Translations under genes and position numbers: made by a program
Assembly: GCA_021771025.1 (NCBI GenBank)
Contig: JAETPW010000003.1
Span: 8,279-72,278, forward strand
Source: Clostridiaceae bacterium
Lineage (GTDB): Bacteria; Bacillota; Clostridia; TANB77; CAG-508
Direction of reading: 5' to 3'
DNA length: 64,000 bases
In this document: positions 10,672 through 20,791 of the stretch, piece by piece
Position numbering within the stretch: position 1 is the first letter of the stretch
Layout of the letters: each line of letters starts with the position of its first letter
Notes under the pieces: model-generated
Seen by the model: the letters and a program-made list of their open reading frames with translations, nothing else
The model's database searches: none
What the model was told of the DNA's origin: nothing

Positions 10672-11040
10672 ATGGTACAACAACAATCAATATTAAAAGT
10701 AGCTGATAACACAGGTGCTAAAGAAATTATGTGTATTAGATGTTTAGGTGGTTCTTTTCGTAAAACAGCTAACATTGGTGATGTCATCGTTGCTTCTGTT
10801 AAATCAGCAACACCAGGTGGCGTTGTAAAAAAAGGTGATGTTGTTAAAGCAGTTATCGTAAGATCAAAAAGAGGATTACGCAGAGCTGATGGATCATACA
10901 TCAAATTTGACGAAAATGCAGCAGTTATCATCAAAGACGACAAAACACCAAAAGGAACACGTATCTTCGGGCCAGTAGCAAGAGAACTAAGAGAACAAGA
11001 ATACATGAAAATCCTATCACTAGCCCCAGAAGTTCTTTAA
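10672..11040 (+). CDS. rplN: 50S ribosomal protein L14
   Basis: [18 protein letters not shown]...; the start is taken at the ATG 10 nt after AAGGAGG (the longer ORF starts at TTG 10666). Confidence 0.93.
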   Translation: MVQQQSILKVADNTGAKEIMCIRCLGGSFRKTANIGDVIVASVKSATPGGVVKKGDVVKAVIVRSKRGLRRADGSYIKFDENAAVIIKDDKTPKGTRIFGPVARELREQEYMKILSLAPEVL

Positions 11041-11087
11041 GCCGTTAACGACGAAGGAGTTTTACGGATTAAAGATGCAAAAATCAC

Positions 11088-11203
11088 GCAATGCAATGGA
11101 GTGATTTCTGCATACCTCAGAAAAGCTCCTACTGCCTAAGTAAAAAGCAACGAAAAGCAATGAAGTGATTTCTGCATACCTTAAAAAAGCTCCTACTGCC
11201 TAA
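11088..11203 (+). repeat. Tandem direct repeat, two units of about 50 bp at about 90% identity, in the rplN-rplX spacer
   Basis: GCAATG(CAATG)GAGTGATTTCTGCATACCT(C/T)A(G/A)AAAAGCTCCTACTGCCTAA occurs at 11088-11139 and 11157-11203; a hairpin GCAAAAATCAC/GTGATTTCTGC overlaps unit 1. Confidence 0.7.
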
Positions 11204-11334
11204 CCGAAGAACGGCACGCAATAGAGAGTAGTATATATACACAGGTAAAACAATAGAACAAAGAGGCAAGGAAACAGAAAAATCAAAATAACCCAAAAAG
11301 CCAATTATAAATTCGAAAAGAAGGAGGCAAAACC

Positions 11335-11643
11335 ATGAGAATCAAAAAGGGCGATACAGTCCAAGTTTTATCAGGAAACGACAAAGGAACAAAAGGAGAA
11401 GTTCTAGAAGTTCTTCCTAAAGCAGACAAACTTGTTGTCAAAGGTGTTAATGTAAGAAAAAAACACATGAAACCTAGAAAACAAGGAGAAGAAGGCGGAA
11501 TTGTTCCCGTAGAATGTGCAATTCCTAGTAGTAAAGTCAATGTAGTATGTCCAAAATGTGGAAAAACCACAAAAGTAGGATATAGTGTAGAAAAAGACGA
11601 AAAAGTACGTATTTGTAAAAAATGCGGAGCAAAATTAAAATAA
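11335..11643 (+). CDS. rplX: 50S ribosomal protein L24 with a C-terminal CxxC...CxxC zinc-ribbon tail
   Basis: Translation KGDTVQVLSGNDKGTKGEV...; C-terminus CPKCGK...CKKCGAK. Confidence 0.9.
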   Translation: MRIKKGDTVQVLSGNDKGTKGEVLEVLPKADKLVVKGVNVRKKHMKPRKQGEEGGIVPVECAIPSSKVNVVCPKCGKTTKVGYSVEKDEKVRICKKCGAKLK

Positions 11644-11675
11644 AAAGAAAAAAAGAGAGGAGGATTTAATTCGAA

Positions 11676-12215
11676 ATGGAAAAACTTAGAGAACAATATG
11701 AAAAAGAAGTAATCCCAGCATTAATGAAAAAATTTAACTATAAATCAGTTATGCAAGTTCCAAAACTAAATAAAATTGTCATCAACATCGGTTTAGGTGA
11801 CATCAAAGAAAACCCAAAATCATTAGAAAATGCAATGAATGATTTAATGCAAATTACCGGGCAAAAACCAATCATAACCAAAGCAAGAAAATCAATTGCC
11901 GCTTTTAAATTAAGAGAAGGTGTTAACGTAGGTTGCAAAGTAACCTTAAGAGCAGACAAAATGTATGATTTTGTTTACAAATTATTCAATGTAGCACTTC
12001 CAAGAGTAAGAGACTTTAGAGGAGTATCAGCAGATTCTTTTGATGGAAGAGGAAATTACGCTATGGGAGTAAAAGAACAATTAATATTCCCAGAAATCGA
12101 ATACGATAAAGTCGATAAATTAAGAGGTATGGATATCATCTTTGCCACAACAGCAGAAACAGACGAAGAAGCAAAAGAATTATTAACACTTCTAGGAATG
12201 CCTTTTAAAAGCTAG
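11676..12215 (+). CDS. rplE: 50S ribosomal protein L5
   Basis: Translation and operon position. Confidence 0.95.
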   Translation: MEKLREQYEKEVIPALMKKFNYKSVMQVPKLNKIVINIGLGDIKENPKSLENAMNDLMQITGQKPIITKARKSIAAFKLREGVNVGCKVTLRADKMYDFVYKLFNVALPRVRDFRGVSADSFDGRGNYAMGVKEQLIFPEIEYDKVDKLRGMDIIFATTAETDEEAKELLTLLGMPFKS

Positions 12216-12283
12216 AGGTTGGAAGTTGGAAACTCCAACGTCAAACCTCCAATAAGATTAAAAAAGAGGAGGAAATATCAGGA

Positions 12284-12469
12284 ATGGCTAAAAAATCAAT
12301 GAAAATAAAACAAGCAAGACCACAAAAATACCAAACGAGAGAATACAACAGATGTAAATTATGTGGAAGACCACATGCTTACATTAGAAAATATGGAATT
12401 TGCCGTGTATGTTTTAGAGAATTAGCTCATAAAGGAGAAATACCAGGTGTAAAAAAAGCAAGCTGGTAA
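12284..12469 (+). CDS. rpsZ: 30S ribosomal protein S14, zinc-binding type Z (61 aa)
   Basis: [25 protein letters not shown] zinc ribbon; operon position. Confidence 0.93.
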   Translation: MAKKSMKIKQARPQKYQTREYNRCKLCGRPHAYIRKYGICRVCFRELAHKGEIPGVKKASW

Positions 12470-12538
12470 ACCAATATAACCAAACAGAGGAATTTTAAGG
12501 AAATCCTCTAATCCAAAAAGAAAAAGGAGGAAAAAAAG

Positions 12539-12937
12539 TTGAATACTACAGATCCAATTGCAGATATGTTAACCAGAATTAGAAATGCCAATAGTGCAAA
12601 ACACAAAACCGTAGATATACCTGCATCAAATATGAAATTAGGAATTGCTGAGATTTTATTCAAAGAAGGATACATCAAATCTTTTGAAGAAATCAAAGAC
12701 GAAAACCAAGGAATGATTCGTATAACACTTAAATACGATGAAAAAGGAAATCGTATTATTGATGGATTAAAAAGAATTAGCAAACCAGGTTTACGAGTAT
12801 ATGCAGCAAAAGAAGAATTACCAAAAGTATTAAACGGACTAGGAATTGCGATTGTCTCTACTTCAAAAGGGCTAAAAACAGATAAAGAAGCAAGAGAATT
12901 AGGAGTAGGCGGAGAAGTACTAGCTTACATTTGGTAA
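12539..12937 (+). CDS. rpsH: 30S ribosomal protein S8 (TTG start)
   Basis: [15 protein letters not shown]...; AAGGAGG RBS. Confidence 0.93.
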   Translation: MNTTDPIADMLTRIRNANSAKHKTVDIPASNMKLGIAEILFKEGYIKSFEEIKDENQGMIRITLKYDEKGNRIIDGLKRISKPGLRVYAAKEELPKVLNGLGIAIVSTSKGLKTDKEARELGVGGEVLAYIW

Positions 12938-13000
12938 TCCAAATCAAGATACTAAAAATTAGGTATCATAAACATTGACGAAAAGGAGGAAAACAAAACA

Positions 13001-13537
13001 ATGTCAAGAATAGGAAATAAACCTATTACCGTACCAGATGGTGTTGAAGTAAAAATTGACGGACAAAAAATTACGGTAAAAGGACCAAAAGGAACATTAG
13101 AAAGAGAAATACATAAAAATATTTCATTAAAAATGGACGGAAATACCATCAATGTAATGCGTTTGAATGATGAACCAGAAAACAAAAGTGTACATGGTTT
13201 AACCAGAACATTGATTAATAACATGATTATTGGGGTAAAAGACGAATTTACCAGAGAATTACAAATCAATGGAGTAGGTTACAGAGTGGCAAAACAAGGA
13301 AACAACTTAAACTTAACTCTTGGGTATTCACATCCAGTTATTTTTGATGCACCAGCAGGAATTACATTTGACGTACCAAATGCAAACACAATCATTGTTA
13401 AAGGAATCGACAAAGAATTAGTTGGGCAAACAGCAGCCGTAATTAGAACCAAGAGACCACCAGAAGTATATCGTGGTAAGGGTATTAAATACGCTGAAGA
13501 AGTAATCAGACGTAAAGAAGGAAAAACTGGTAAATAA
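13001..13537 (+). CDS. rplF: 50S ribosomal protein L6
   Basis: Translation and operon position. Confidence 0.95.
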   Translation: MSRIGNKPITVPDGVEVKIDGQKITVKGPKGTLEREIHKNISLKMDGNTINVMRLNDEPENKSVHGLTRTLINNMIIGVKDEFTRELQINGVGYRVAKQGNNLNLTLGYSHPVIFDAPAGITFDVPNANTIIVKGIDKELVGQTAAVIRTKRPPEVYRGKGIKYAEEVIRRKEGKTGK

Positions 13538-13626
13538 AAAATAGAAACCAAACCAAGAAATTAGTTTATTTCTATTATACTATGGGAAAAGCCCATACCT
13601 TAGAAAAAAGGAAAGGAGTAACAAAA

Positions 13627-13986
13627 ATGGTAAAAAAGACAGATAGAAAAATGGAAAGAAGAAGAAGACATCTACGTGTAAGAACAAAAATATCTGGTAC
13701 TGCTGAAAGACCAAGATTATGTGTATATAGAAGCAATACCAACCTATATGTGCAAATCATTGATGACGTAGCAGCCAAAACACTAGTAAGTGCTTCTACA
13801 CTTGACAAAGAAATCAAAAACAAACACGCCAACAAAGAAGCTGCAAAAGAAGTAGGAACATTAATTGCCAAAAAAGCTAAAGATCTAAAAATTGAAAACG
13901 TAGTTTTTGATCGTGGTGGATACATCTATCATGGTGTAGTAAAAGAACTAGCAGAAGCAGCAAGACAAGGCGGTTTGAAGTTCTAG
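13627..13986 (+). CDS. rplR: 50S ribosomal protein L18
   Basis: [31 protein letters not shown]...; the start is at the ATG after AAGGAAAGGAG (the longer ORF begins at 13582). Confidence 0.9.
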   Translation: MVKKTDRKMERRRRHLRVRTKISGTAERPRLCVYRSNTNLYVQIIDDVAAKTLVSASTLDKEIKNKHANKEAAKEVGTLIAKKAKDLKIENVVFDRGGYIYHGVVKELAEAARQGGLKF

Positions 13987-14170
13987 TGTCTGTTTGCGAC
14001 GTAGGAGCTTATTCAGACACTTGATCCAAATGTGACCAGCATTTAGAAACCTTAAGAAAGTCTGCTTGCGAGTTAAGGGAATTATCCACATACTCGTTTG
14101 ACAGGCAAACTAAGCATCAGAAAACAAAAAAACAAAATAAAGATGAAAACAAGGAGGGAAAACAAAACCG

Positions 14171-14656
14171 ATGGAAGAAAAAAGCGAATTAAAAGAAAAA
14201 GTAGTTGCTATTAACAGAGTTGCTAAAGTAGTAAAAGGTGGTAGAACTTTTCGTTTTAGTGCAGTTGTTGTAGTTGGTGACGAAAACGGACACGTTGGCG
14301 TAGGAAACGGAAAAGCAGCCGAAGTTCCAGACGCTATCAAAAAAGCGATCCAAGAAGCTAAGAAAAACTTAGTAGAAGTTCCAATCGTGGAAACAACAGT
14401 ACCACATGAATACATTGGAAAATTTGGAAGTGCTAGGGTTATGTTAAAACCAGCAGCAGTTGGTACTGGAGTTATCGCTGGTGGAAGCGTTAGACCAGTA
14501 TTAGAACTTGCTGGATACAAAGACATCAGAACCAAAGTATTAGGAACCAATAATCCAAGAAACGTAGTATACGCTACAATAGAAGGATTAAAATCTATGC
14601 AAACTGTAGAACAAGTTGCCAAAAAAAGAGGTAAAAAAGTAGAAGACATCGTATAG
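14171..14656 (+). CDS. rpsE: 30S ribosomal protein S5
   Basis: Translation (dsRBD plus S5 C-terminal domain); operon position. Confidence 0.95.
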   Translation: MEEKSELKEKVVAINRVAKVVKGGRTFRFSAVVVVGDENGHVGVGNGKAAEVPDAIKKAIQEAKKNLVEVPIVETTVPHEYIGKFGSARVMLKPAAVGTGVIAGGSVRPVLELAGYKDIRTKVLGTNNPRNVVYATIEGLKSMQTVEQVAKKRGKKVEDIV

Positions 14657-14725
14657 AAAATGTATTAACCAAAAATCGATATCTTATACGAGGGAAAAAA
14701 GATTTAAGGAGGTGCAAGAAAAGCC

Positions 14726-15160
14726 ATGAAAATAGACGAATTAAAACCAACAACTAGTAAAGAAAAAAGAACAAGAAGAGGACGTGGAATGAGTTCAGGT
14801 CTTGGAAAAACATCAGGAAGAGGGCATAAAGGACAAAAAGCAAGATCTGGTGGAGGAGTAAGAAGAGGATTCGAAGGTGGTCAAACACCATTATATAGAA
14901 GATTACCAAAAAGAGGATTCACAAACATCCACGCTAAAACCTACACAGAAGTAACATTTACTATGTTAAACAAAGTAAATAATACTGACGTAACTGCTGA
15001 AACTTTACTAGAAGAAGGAATCATTGGAAAAATCAATGAGGGAATCGTTGTTTTAGCAACAGGAAAATTAGAGAAAAAAGTAAACGTAAAAGCCGTAAGA
15101 TTTACAGCAAAAGCAAAAGAACAAATCGAAGCTTTAGGCGGAAAGGCTGAGGTGATTTAG
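14726..15160 (+). CDS. rplO: 50S ribosomal protein L15
   Basis: Translation and operon position. No rpmD (L30) gene lies between rpsE and rplO. Confidence 0.93.
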   Translation: MKIDELKPTTSKEKRTRRGRGMSSGLGKTSGRGHKGQKARSGGGVRRGFEGGQTPLYRRLPKRGFTNIHAKTYTEVTFTMLNKVNNTDVTAETLLEEGIIGKINEGIVVLATGKLEKKVNVKAVRFTAKAKEQIEALGGKAEVI

Positions 15161-16480
15161 TTGTTTAAAACCATCAGAAACGCATTAAAGACCCCAGATG
15201 TAAGAAAAAGAGTTTTATATACACTATTACTTATCGTTGTCTTTCGTTTAGGATGTTATATCACCGTACCAGGAGTTGACAATTTTGCCCTAAACGATGC
15301 CATGGGATCAAACGAAGGAATAGCAGGACTAATTGATATTATCTCAGGTGGAGCTTTCTCAAGATTCTCTATCTTTGCCATGTCAATCAGTCCATACATT
15401 ACGGCATCAATTGTTATTCAATTATTAGGAATGATTATCCCATCTTTGGAACGTTTAACCAAAGAAGGAGGAGAAGAAGGAAGAAAGAAAATTAGTAAAT
15501 ATACCAAAATGTTAACCATTGTACTAGCATTAGTAGAAGGAATAGGAATTTACTTATCTTACCGTTCTTCAGGAATTTTCGTTAACCAAGAATTCTTAAC
15601 AGGATCATTAGTAGTAGGATCTCTAGTAGCAGGAACATCCATCTTAATGTGGCTTGGTGACCAAATTACTAACAAAGGAATTGGAAACGGAATATCCGTT
15701 ATCATCTTCACTGGTATTATTGCAGGACTACCAAGTTTTGTTATGATGCTTTGGGGATTAATCATGACAGCTAATGGATTTAGTACAACTGGATTATTAT
15801 TAGCTATCGGTATCTTAATTGGAGCAATTGTGTTAATAGCAGGAGTTGTCTTCGTACAACAAGCAGAAAGAAGAGTACCTGTTCAATATTCAAAAAAAGT
15901 AGTCGGAAGAAAAATGGTAGGAGCACAAAGTACACATATTCCATTAAAGCTAGCCATGGCTGGAGTTATGCCAATCATCTTTGCCTCCTCATTCATGACC
16001 TTCCCAGCGATGATCATTCAAATTTTTGTGCAAGATATCGCATCACAAACTGGATTCTTAGCAGGAATTTATAAATTTTCCATCGCAACCTCATCCTCAG
16101 CCGTAGGATTAGGATATTCCATTGGAAATGCCATAGTTTACTTATTATTAATTATAGGATTTACCTTCTTCTATACTTATGCTACCTTCAATCCAGCAGA
16201 AGTATCGAACAATATTAAGAAAAACGGTGGATTTATTCCAGGAATCAGAGCAGGAAAACCAACTACCGAATATCTATCTTCAATCATCTCTAAACTAACC
16301 TGGTTTGGAGGGCTATTCTTAGCATTAATTGCTATCCTACCAATGTTCTTAAGATTTACCAACCTAAACATTGCGTTTGGTGGTACATCTATCCTAATTG
16401 TCGTAGGAGTTGCCCTAGAAACAGTGCAACAACTAGAATCACAATTAGTCATGAGGCATTATAAAGGATTTTTAGAATAG
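15161..16480 (+). CDS. secY: Preprotein translocase subunit SecY (TTG start)
   Basis: 439 aa with 10 TM segments, MFKTIRNALK...; operon position. Confidence 0.93.
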   Translation: MFKTIRNALKTPDVRKRVLYTLLLIVVFRLGCYITVPGVDNFALNDAMGSNEGIAGLIDIISGGAFSRFSIFAMSISPYITASIVIQLLGMIIPSLERLTKEGGEEGRKKISKYTKMLTIVLALVEGIGIYLSYRSSGIFVNQEFLTGSLVVGSLVAGTSILMWLGDQITNKGIGNGISVIIFTGIIAGLPSFVMMLWGLIMTANGFSTTGLLLAIGILIGAIVLIAGVVFVQQAERRVPVQYSKKVVGRKMVGAQSTHIPLKLAMAGVMPIIFASSFMTFPAMIIQIFVQDIASQTGFLAGIYKFSIATSSSAVGLGYSIGNAIVYLLLIIGFTFFYTYATFNPAEVSNNIKKNGGFIPGIRAGKPTTEYLSSIISKLTWFGGLFLALIAILPMFLRFTNLNIAFGGTSILIVVGVALETVQQLESQLVMRHYKGFLE

Positions 16481-16531
16481 AATAAGAAGAGACAATCAAA
16501 TAAAAGCAAACGAAAGAAAAACGTAAGGATT

Positions 16532-16577
16532 CGTGGATAATAAAAATAGTATCATTATCCACGAGCCATCGTTTTTT
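16532..16577 (+). terminator. Hairpin CGTGGATAAT/ATTATCCACG followed by a T-run after secY
   Basis: 10-bp perfect stem, then AGCCATCG and TTTTTT. Confidence 0.5.
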
Positions 16578-16616
16578 CATCGTTTTTATCTTGTTTATCC
16601 ACCTAATGGGTAGGCA

Positions 16617-16675
16617 GGGTAGGGAAATAAAGGGGACGCCCTTTTCTTCCCTATTCAAAATTTCCCTATTTCAAG
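16617..16675 (+). repeat. GGGGACGCCC-core hairpin repeat, left-arm type (copy A)
   Basis: GGGTAGGGAAATAAAGGGGACGCCCTTTTCTTCCCTATTCAAAATTTCCCT is nearly identical to the left arm of the dnaK-dnaJ element. Confidence 0.8.
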
Positions 16676-16861
16676 TTAAAGGGGAAAGCCTAAAAATAAT
16701 GATTAGTTATCTAATCTAGGTAAGCTTTCCACGTACCAATACGATGAAAGAAAGAACAGATTGGCTTTAAAAGTTAGCAAATGTTAGGGAAAAAATAGGT
16801 AAATAAGATAAAGATTATGAAAAAACAATAATCTTAATTCAAAAGATAGGAAGTGTTTACT

Positions 16862-17518
16862 ATGGTCATTATCATGCTAGGAGCACCCGGAACAGGAAAG
16901 GGAACAGTAGCAGGAATCTTACAAGAGAAAATGGGAATTAAGCAAGTATCTACAGGAGATATATTTCGTAAAAACATCAAAGAAGGAACAGAACTAGGAA
17001 AATTAGCCGACAGTTACATATCCAAAGGAAATTTAGTACCAGATGAAGTAACCATTCAAATCGTTAAAGATCGTTTAAATGAGCCAGACGTAGAAAAAGG
17101 AATTATTTTAGATGGATTCCCAAGAACCATCGTTCAAGCAGAAGCATTAGAAAAAATGTTAGCAGAAAAAGGAAAAAAAGTCGATTTAGTCATTAATTTA
17201 GTTACCTCAGAAGAAGAAATTATTGAACGACTTGTTTACAGAAGAGTATGTCCAAATTGTAAAAGTATTTTCAATGTCATTCTACATCCACCAAAACAAG
17301 AAGGAATTTGTGACAATTGTGGACACGAATTAATCCATCGTGATGATGACAAAGAAGAAACCATAAAAGATAGATTTCAAACTTACTTAAAACAAACAAG
17401 TCCACTCATCGAGTATTATGAGAAAAAAGGCGTATTAAGAACAGAAGAAGTAAGCAAAAAAATCAATCGCATGGGAAAAGAAGTGGCAGAAGATATTGTT
17501 CAGGAATATCAATCCTAA
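16862..17518 (+). CDS. adk: Adenylate kinase with a zinc-binding lid
   Basis: P-loop GAPGTGKGT; lid CPNCKS...CDNCGHEL. The start is at the ATG 8 nt after AGGAAG. Confidence 0.93.
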   Translation: MVIIMLGAPGTGKGTVAGILQEKMGIKQVSTGDIFRKNIKEGTELGKLADSYISKGNLVPDEVTIQIVKDRLNEPDVEKGIILDGFPRTIVQAEALEKMLAEKGKKVDLVINLVTSEEEIIERLVYRRVCPNCKSIFNVILHPPKQEGICDNCGHELIHRDDDKEETIKDRFQTYLKQTSPLIEYYEKKGVLRTEEVSKKINRMGKEVAEDIVQEYQS

Positions 17519-17611
17519 ATTAGACGAAAAAGCAAAAAAGAAATCTTTAAGTTAGTACATCATTTGGGCTCACTCGCACCTGAATACCATCAGGGCAATT
17601 AAAGCAAAGGC

Positions 17612-17668
17612 AAATAGGGAAAAAATAGATAGGGAAAAAAAGGGCGTCCCCATAGGGAAGAAAGAAGG
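17612..17668 (+). repeat. GGGGACGCCC-core repeat, right-arm (inverted) type (copy B), 11 nt upstream of the map start codon
   Basis: AAATAGGGAAAAAATAGATAGGGAAAAAAAGGGCGTCCCCATAGGGAAGAAAG. Confidence 0.8.
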
Positions 17669-17678
17669 ATAACCAGAA

Positions 17679-18449
17679 ATGGTAACAATAAAGTCAAAAA
17701 AAGAAATCGAATACATGAAAGAAGCTTGTAAAGTAGTAGCTCTTACGTATCAAGAATTAGAACAAAAAATCAAACCGGGAATGACTACCTACGAATTAGA
17801 TCTAATAGCCGAAAGCACCATGAGAAAACTAGGAGCAATTCCAGCAGAAAAAGGATATGACATAGGAATTCGCGGAATTCCACCTTATCCGGCATCGATT
17901 TGTGTATCCATTAATGATGAAGTTATTCATGGAATACCCCATAAAAACAGAATCATCAAAGAAGGTGACATTGTCAGCATAGATACAGTAGCCTTAAAAA
18001 ATGGATTTCATGGAGATGCCGCAAGAACGTTTATGATTGGCAAAGTTTCCCATGAAGCTAAACGATTAGTAGAAGTAACCAAACAAGCCTTTTTTGAAGG
18101 AATTAAACAAGCTAAAGCTGGAAATCGCTTAGGAGATATTTGCCATACTATCGGCGAATACGTTCATTCACAGGGATATTCAGTAGTCAGAGAATTTCAA
18201 GGCCATGGAATAGGAAAAGAAATGCACGAAGACCCAGGAATTCCAAATTACGGAAAAGCAGGCAGAGGAATTAGGCTTGAACCCGGCATGACACTAGCGA
18301 TTGAACCAATGGTTATTCAAGGAAAACCAAACATTTTAGAATTAGAAGATGGATGGACCATTGTCACAGAAGATGGAAGTCTGGCAGCCCATTATGAAAA
18401 TACCATTTTAATTACAGAAAAAGAGCCAGAAATATTGACAATCCTTTAA
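17679..18449 (+). CDS. map: Methionine aminopeptidase type I
   Basis: Translation and conserved secY-adk-map-infA order. Confidence 0.93.
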   Translation: MVTIKSKKEIEYMKEACKVVALTYQELEQKIKPGMTTYELDLIAESTMRKLGAIPAEKGYDIGIRGIPPYPASICVSINDEVIHGIPHKNRIIKEGDIVSIDTVALKNGFHGDAARTFMIGKVSHEAKRLVEVTKQAFFEGIKQAKAGNRLGDICHTIGEYVHSQGYSVVREFQGHGIGKEMHEDPGIPNYGKAGRGIRLEPGMTLAIEPMVIQGKPNILELEDGWTIVTEDGSLAAHYENTILITEKEPEILTIL

Positions 18450-18535
18450 AATTATAGTATACTGGAATAGTTATAAGGCAAAATAGGAATATTTTGCAAA
18501 AAATACAAAAAAAGCTCTAAGTAGGAGGGGATATC

Positions 18536-18754
18536 TTGGCAAAGGAAGACGTAATTGAAGTTGAGGGAACAGTAGTGGAATCATTACCAAATACCAATTT
18601 TAAAGTAGAATTAGAAAATGGGCATCAAATTTTAGCTCATATTTCTGGAAAATTAAGAATGAACTACATTAAAATATTACCAGGTGACAAAGTTAAAGTA
18701 GAACTTTCACCATATGACTTATCAAGAGGCCGTATCACTTGGAGAGGAAAATAA
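18536..18754 (+). CDS. infA: Translation initiation factor IF-1 (TTG start)
   Basis: [18 protein letters not shown]... S1-like fold; AGGAGGGG RBS. Confidence 0.93.
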   Translation: MAKEDVIEVEGTVVESLPNTNFKVELENGHQILAHISGKLRMNYIKILPGDKVKVELSPYDLSRGRITWRGK

Positions 18755-18864
18755 AACGTTAACAATTAACCCAGATAGACAAAACAGGGAGGAACAAAAC
18801 TTGCAAACAAACCATTTACATTCTTTCGTTCCAACCTCTACTAAAAAATAGGAGGTGCAAAAAA

Positions 18865-18978
18865 GTGAAAGTAAGACCATCAGTAAAGAAAATATGTGAC
18901 AAATGCAAAATCATAAAAAGAAAAGGGAAAATTCGCGTAATCTGCGAAAATCCAAAACACAAACAAAGACAAGGATAA
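18865..18978 (+). CDS. rpmJ: 50S ribosomal protein L36 (37 aa, GTG start); it is absent from the supplied ORF track because it is shorter than 60 aa
   Basis: [37 protein letters not shown]; GGAGGTG RBS. Confidence 0.9.
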   Translation: MKVRPSVKKICDKCKIIKRKGKIRVICENPKHKQRQG

Positions 18979-19174
18979 GATCCTAAAAATTGTTGATAAC
19001 ACAAATGAGGTAGCGGCTGGTTCATCGGTCAAACGGTGACGTACCTAAGTTTGTGTTTCTATATATGTTTTAAAGGAGTTTTTCGAAGACCGCTTTCGAA
19101 GTGCATTTCACTTTGGAAAACAGAATTTAAGACAAGCTAAAACAAGAAAAATAAATTTGGAGGTGCAAAAACAT

Positions 19175-19543
19175 ATGGCTCGTATAGCAGGAGTAGACTT
19201 ACCTAAAGAAAAAAGAGTAGAAATAGGACTAACATATATCTATGGAATTGGTGTATCAAGTTCTAGAAAAATCTTAGAAAAAGCTGGAATCAATCCAGAT
19301 ACTAGAGTCAAAGACTTAACCGATGACGAAGTAAACGCAATCAGAAAAGTAATTGATGAATCATATCATGTAGAAGGTGACTTAAGAAGAGAAGTTGCTC
19401 TTAACATCAAAAGACTTACTGAAATCGGTTGCTACAGAGGATTAAGACATAGAAGAGGTTTACCAGTAAGAGGACAAAGAACAAAAACCAATGCTAGAAC
19501 TAGAAAAGGTCCTAGAAAATTAGTAAGTAAAAGCAAAAAATAA
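19175..19543 (+). CDS. rpsM: 30S ribosomal protein S13
   Basis: [26 protein letters not shown]...; the start is at the ATG after GGAGGTG. Confidence 0.93.
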   Translation: MARIAGVDLPKEKRVEIGLTYIYGIGVSSSRKILEKAGINPDTRVKDLTDDEVNAIRKVIDESYHVEGDLRREVALNIKRLTEIGCYRGLRHRRGLPVRGQRTKTNARTRKGPRKLVSKSKK

Positions 19544-19560
19544 GGAGGGAAAATTCAAAA

Positions 19561-19959
19561 ATGGCTAATAAAAATACAACAAGAAAACCAGTAGCTAGAA
19601 GAAATAGAAAAAACATCGAAAAAGGAGAAGCACACATTCACTCTAGCTTTAACAACACCATTGTTACTATTACCGATACACAAGGAAATACCATTTCTTG
19701 GGGAAGTGCCGGAGAATTAGGTTTTAAAGGATCTAGAAAAAGCACTCCATTCGCAGCAGGTCAAGTTGCTGAAACAGCTGCTAAAGCTGCCATGGAACAT
19801 GGATTAAAAGTAGTTGAAGTATATGTAAAAGGACCAGGTTCTGGTAGAGAAGCAGCAATTCGTGCCCTTCAAACAGCAGGACTTGAAATTAGCGCAATCA
19901 AAGACGTTACGCCAATTCCACACAATGGTTGTAGACCACCAAAACGTAGAAGAGTTTAA
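19561..19959 (+). CDS. rpsK: 30S ribosomal protein S11
   Basis: Translation and operon position. Confidence 0.95.
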   Translation: MANKNTTRKPVARRNRKNIEKGEAHIHSSFNNTIVTITDTQGNTISWGSAGELGFKGSRKSTPFAAGQVAETAAKAAMEHGLKVVEVYVKGPGSGREAAIRALQTAGLEISAIKDVTPIPHNGCRPPKRRRV

Positions 19960-20051
19960 GAAAATAAAACAGGGAAAAAAGAAGAAGAATCAAAAGTCAT
20001 TCGTCTTCTTAGTAAATATGTCCCATGCAAGTTAGTGAAAGGAGTAAAAAA

Positions 20052-20678
20052 ATGGCAAGATATAAAGACGAACAATGTCGTAGATGCCGTAGAGAAGGTC
20101 AAAAATTGTTCTTAAAAGGGTCAAGATGTTATACTGACAAATGCAGCATTTCGAGAAGAAATTATGCACCAGGACAACACGGACAAAAAAGAGCAAAACT
20201 TTCTGAATACGGTACTCAATTAAGAGAAAAACAAAAAACCAAAGCATATTACGGAGTAGGAGAAAAACAATTTAGAAAATACTTCGAAATGGCTTCAAAT
20301 AAAAAAGGAATTACAGGTGAAGTATTATTACAAATCTTAGAAAGTAGATTAGACAATGTTGTTTATCGCTTAGGATTTGGTACATCCAGAGCTCAAGCAA
20401 GACAATTTGTTAATCATGGACAATTTGAAGTAAATGGACAAAAAGTAGATATCCCATCTTACCTAGTCAAAGCTGGAGATGTAATTACCGTAAGAGAAAG
20501 CAAAAAAGACAACTCTACATTAAAAATAAATATCGAAGAAAGTGCTACAAGACCAGTTCCAGCATGGTTAGAAAAAGACAGTGAAAAATTAAGTGGTAAA
20601 GTAGTAAGATTGGCAGCAAGAGAAGATATCGACCTACCAATAGAAGAACATTTAATAGTAGAGCTTTACTCAAAATAG
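20052..20678 (+). CDS. rpsD: 30S ribosomal protein S4 with an N-terminal zinc ribbon
   Basis: [31 protein letters not shown]; it sits inside the alpha operon between rpsK and rpoA. Confidence 0.93.
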   Translation: MARYKDEQCRRCRREGQKLFLKGSRCYTDKCSISRRNYAPGQHGQKRAKLSEYGTQLREKQKTKAYYGVGEKQFRKYFEMASNKKGITGEVLLQILESRLDNVVYRLGFGTSRAQARQFVNHGQFEVNGQKVDIPSYLVKAGDVITVRESKKDNSTLKINIEESATRPVPAWLEKDSEKLSGKVVRLAAREDIDLPIEEHLIVELYSK

Positions 20679-20791
20679 TAGTGTTTAAAAGTAAGTGTAA
20701 AGGTTTCATCAAAACGTTGAAATTTTACTTGAAAAACCTAAGCAAGTTTTTAGAAAGTTTGAGAATGGATTTCTCATATTAGGAGGTAAAA

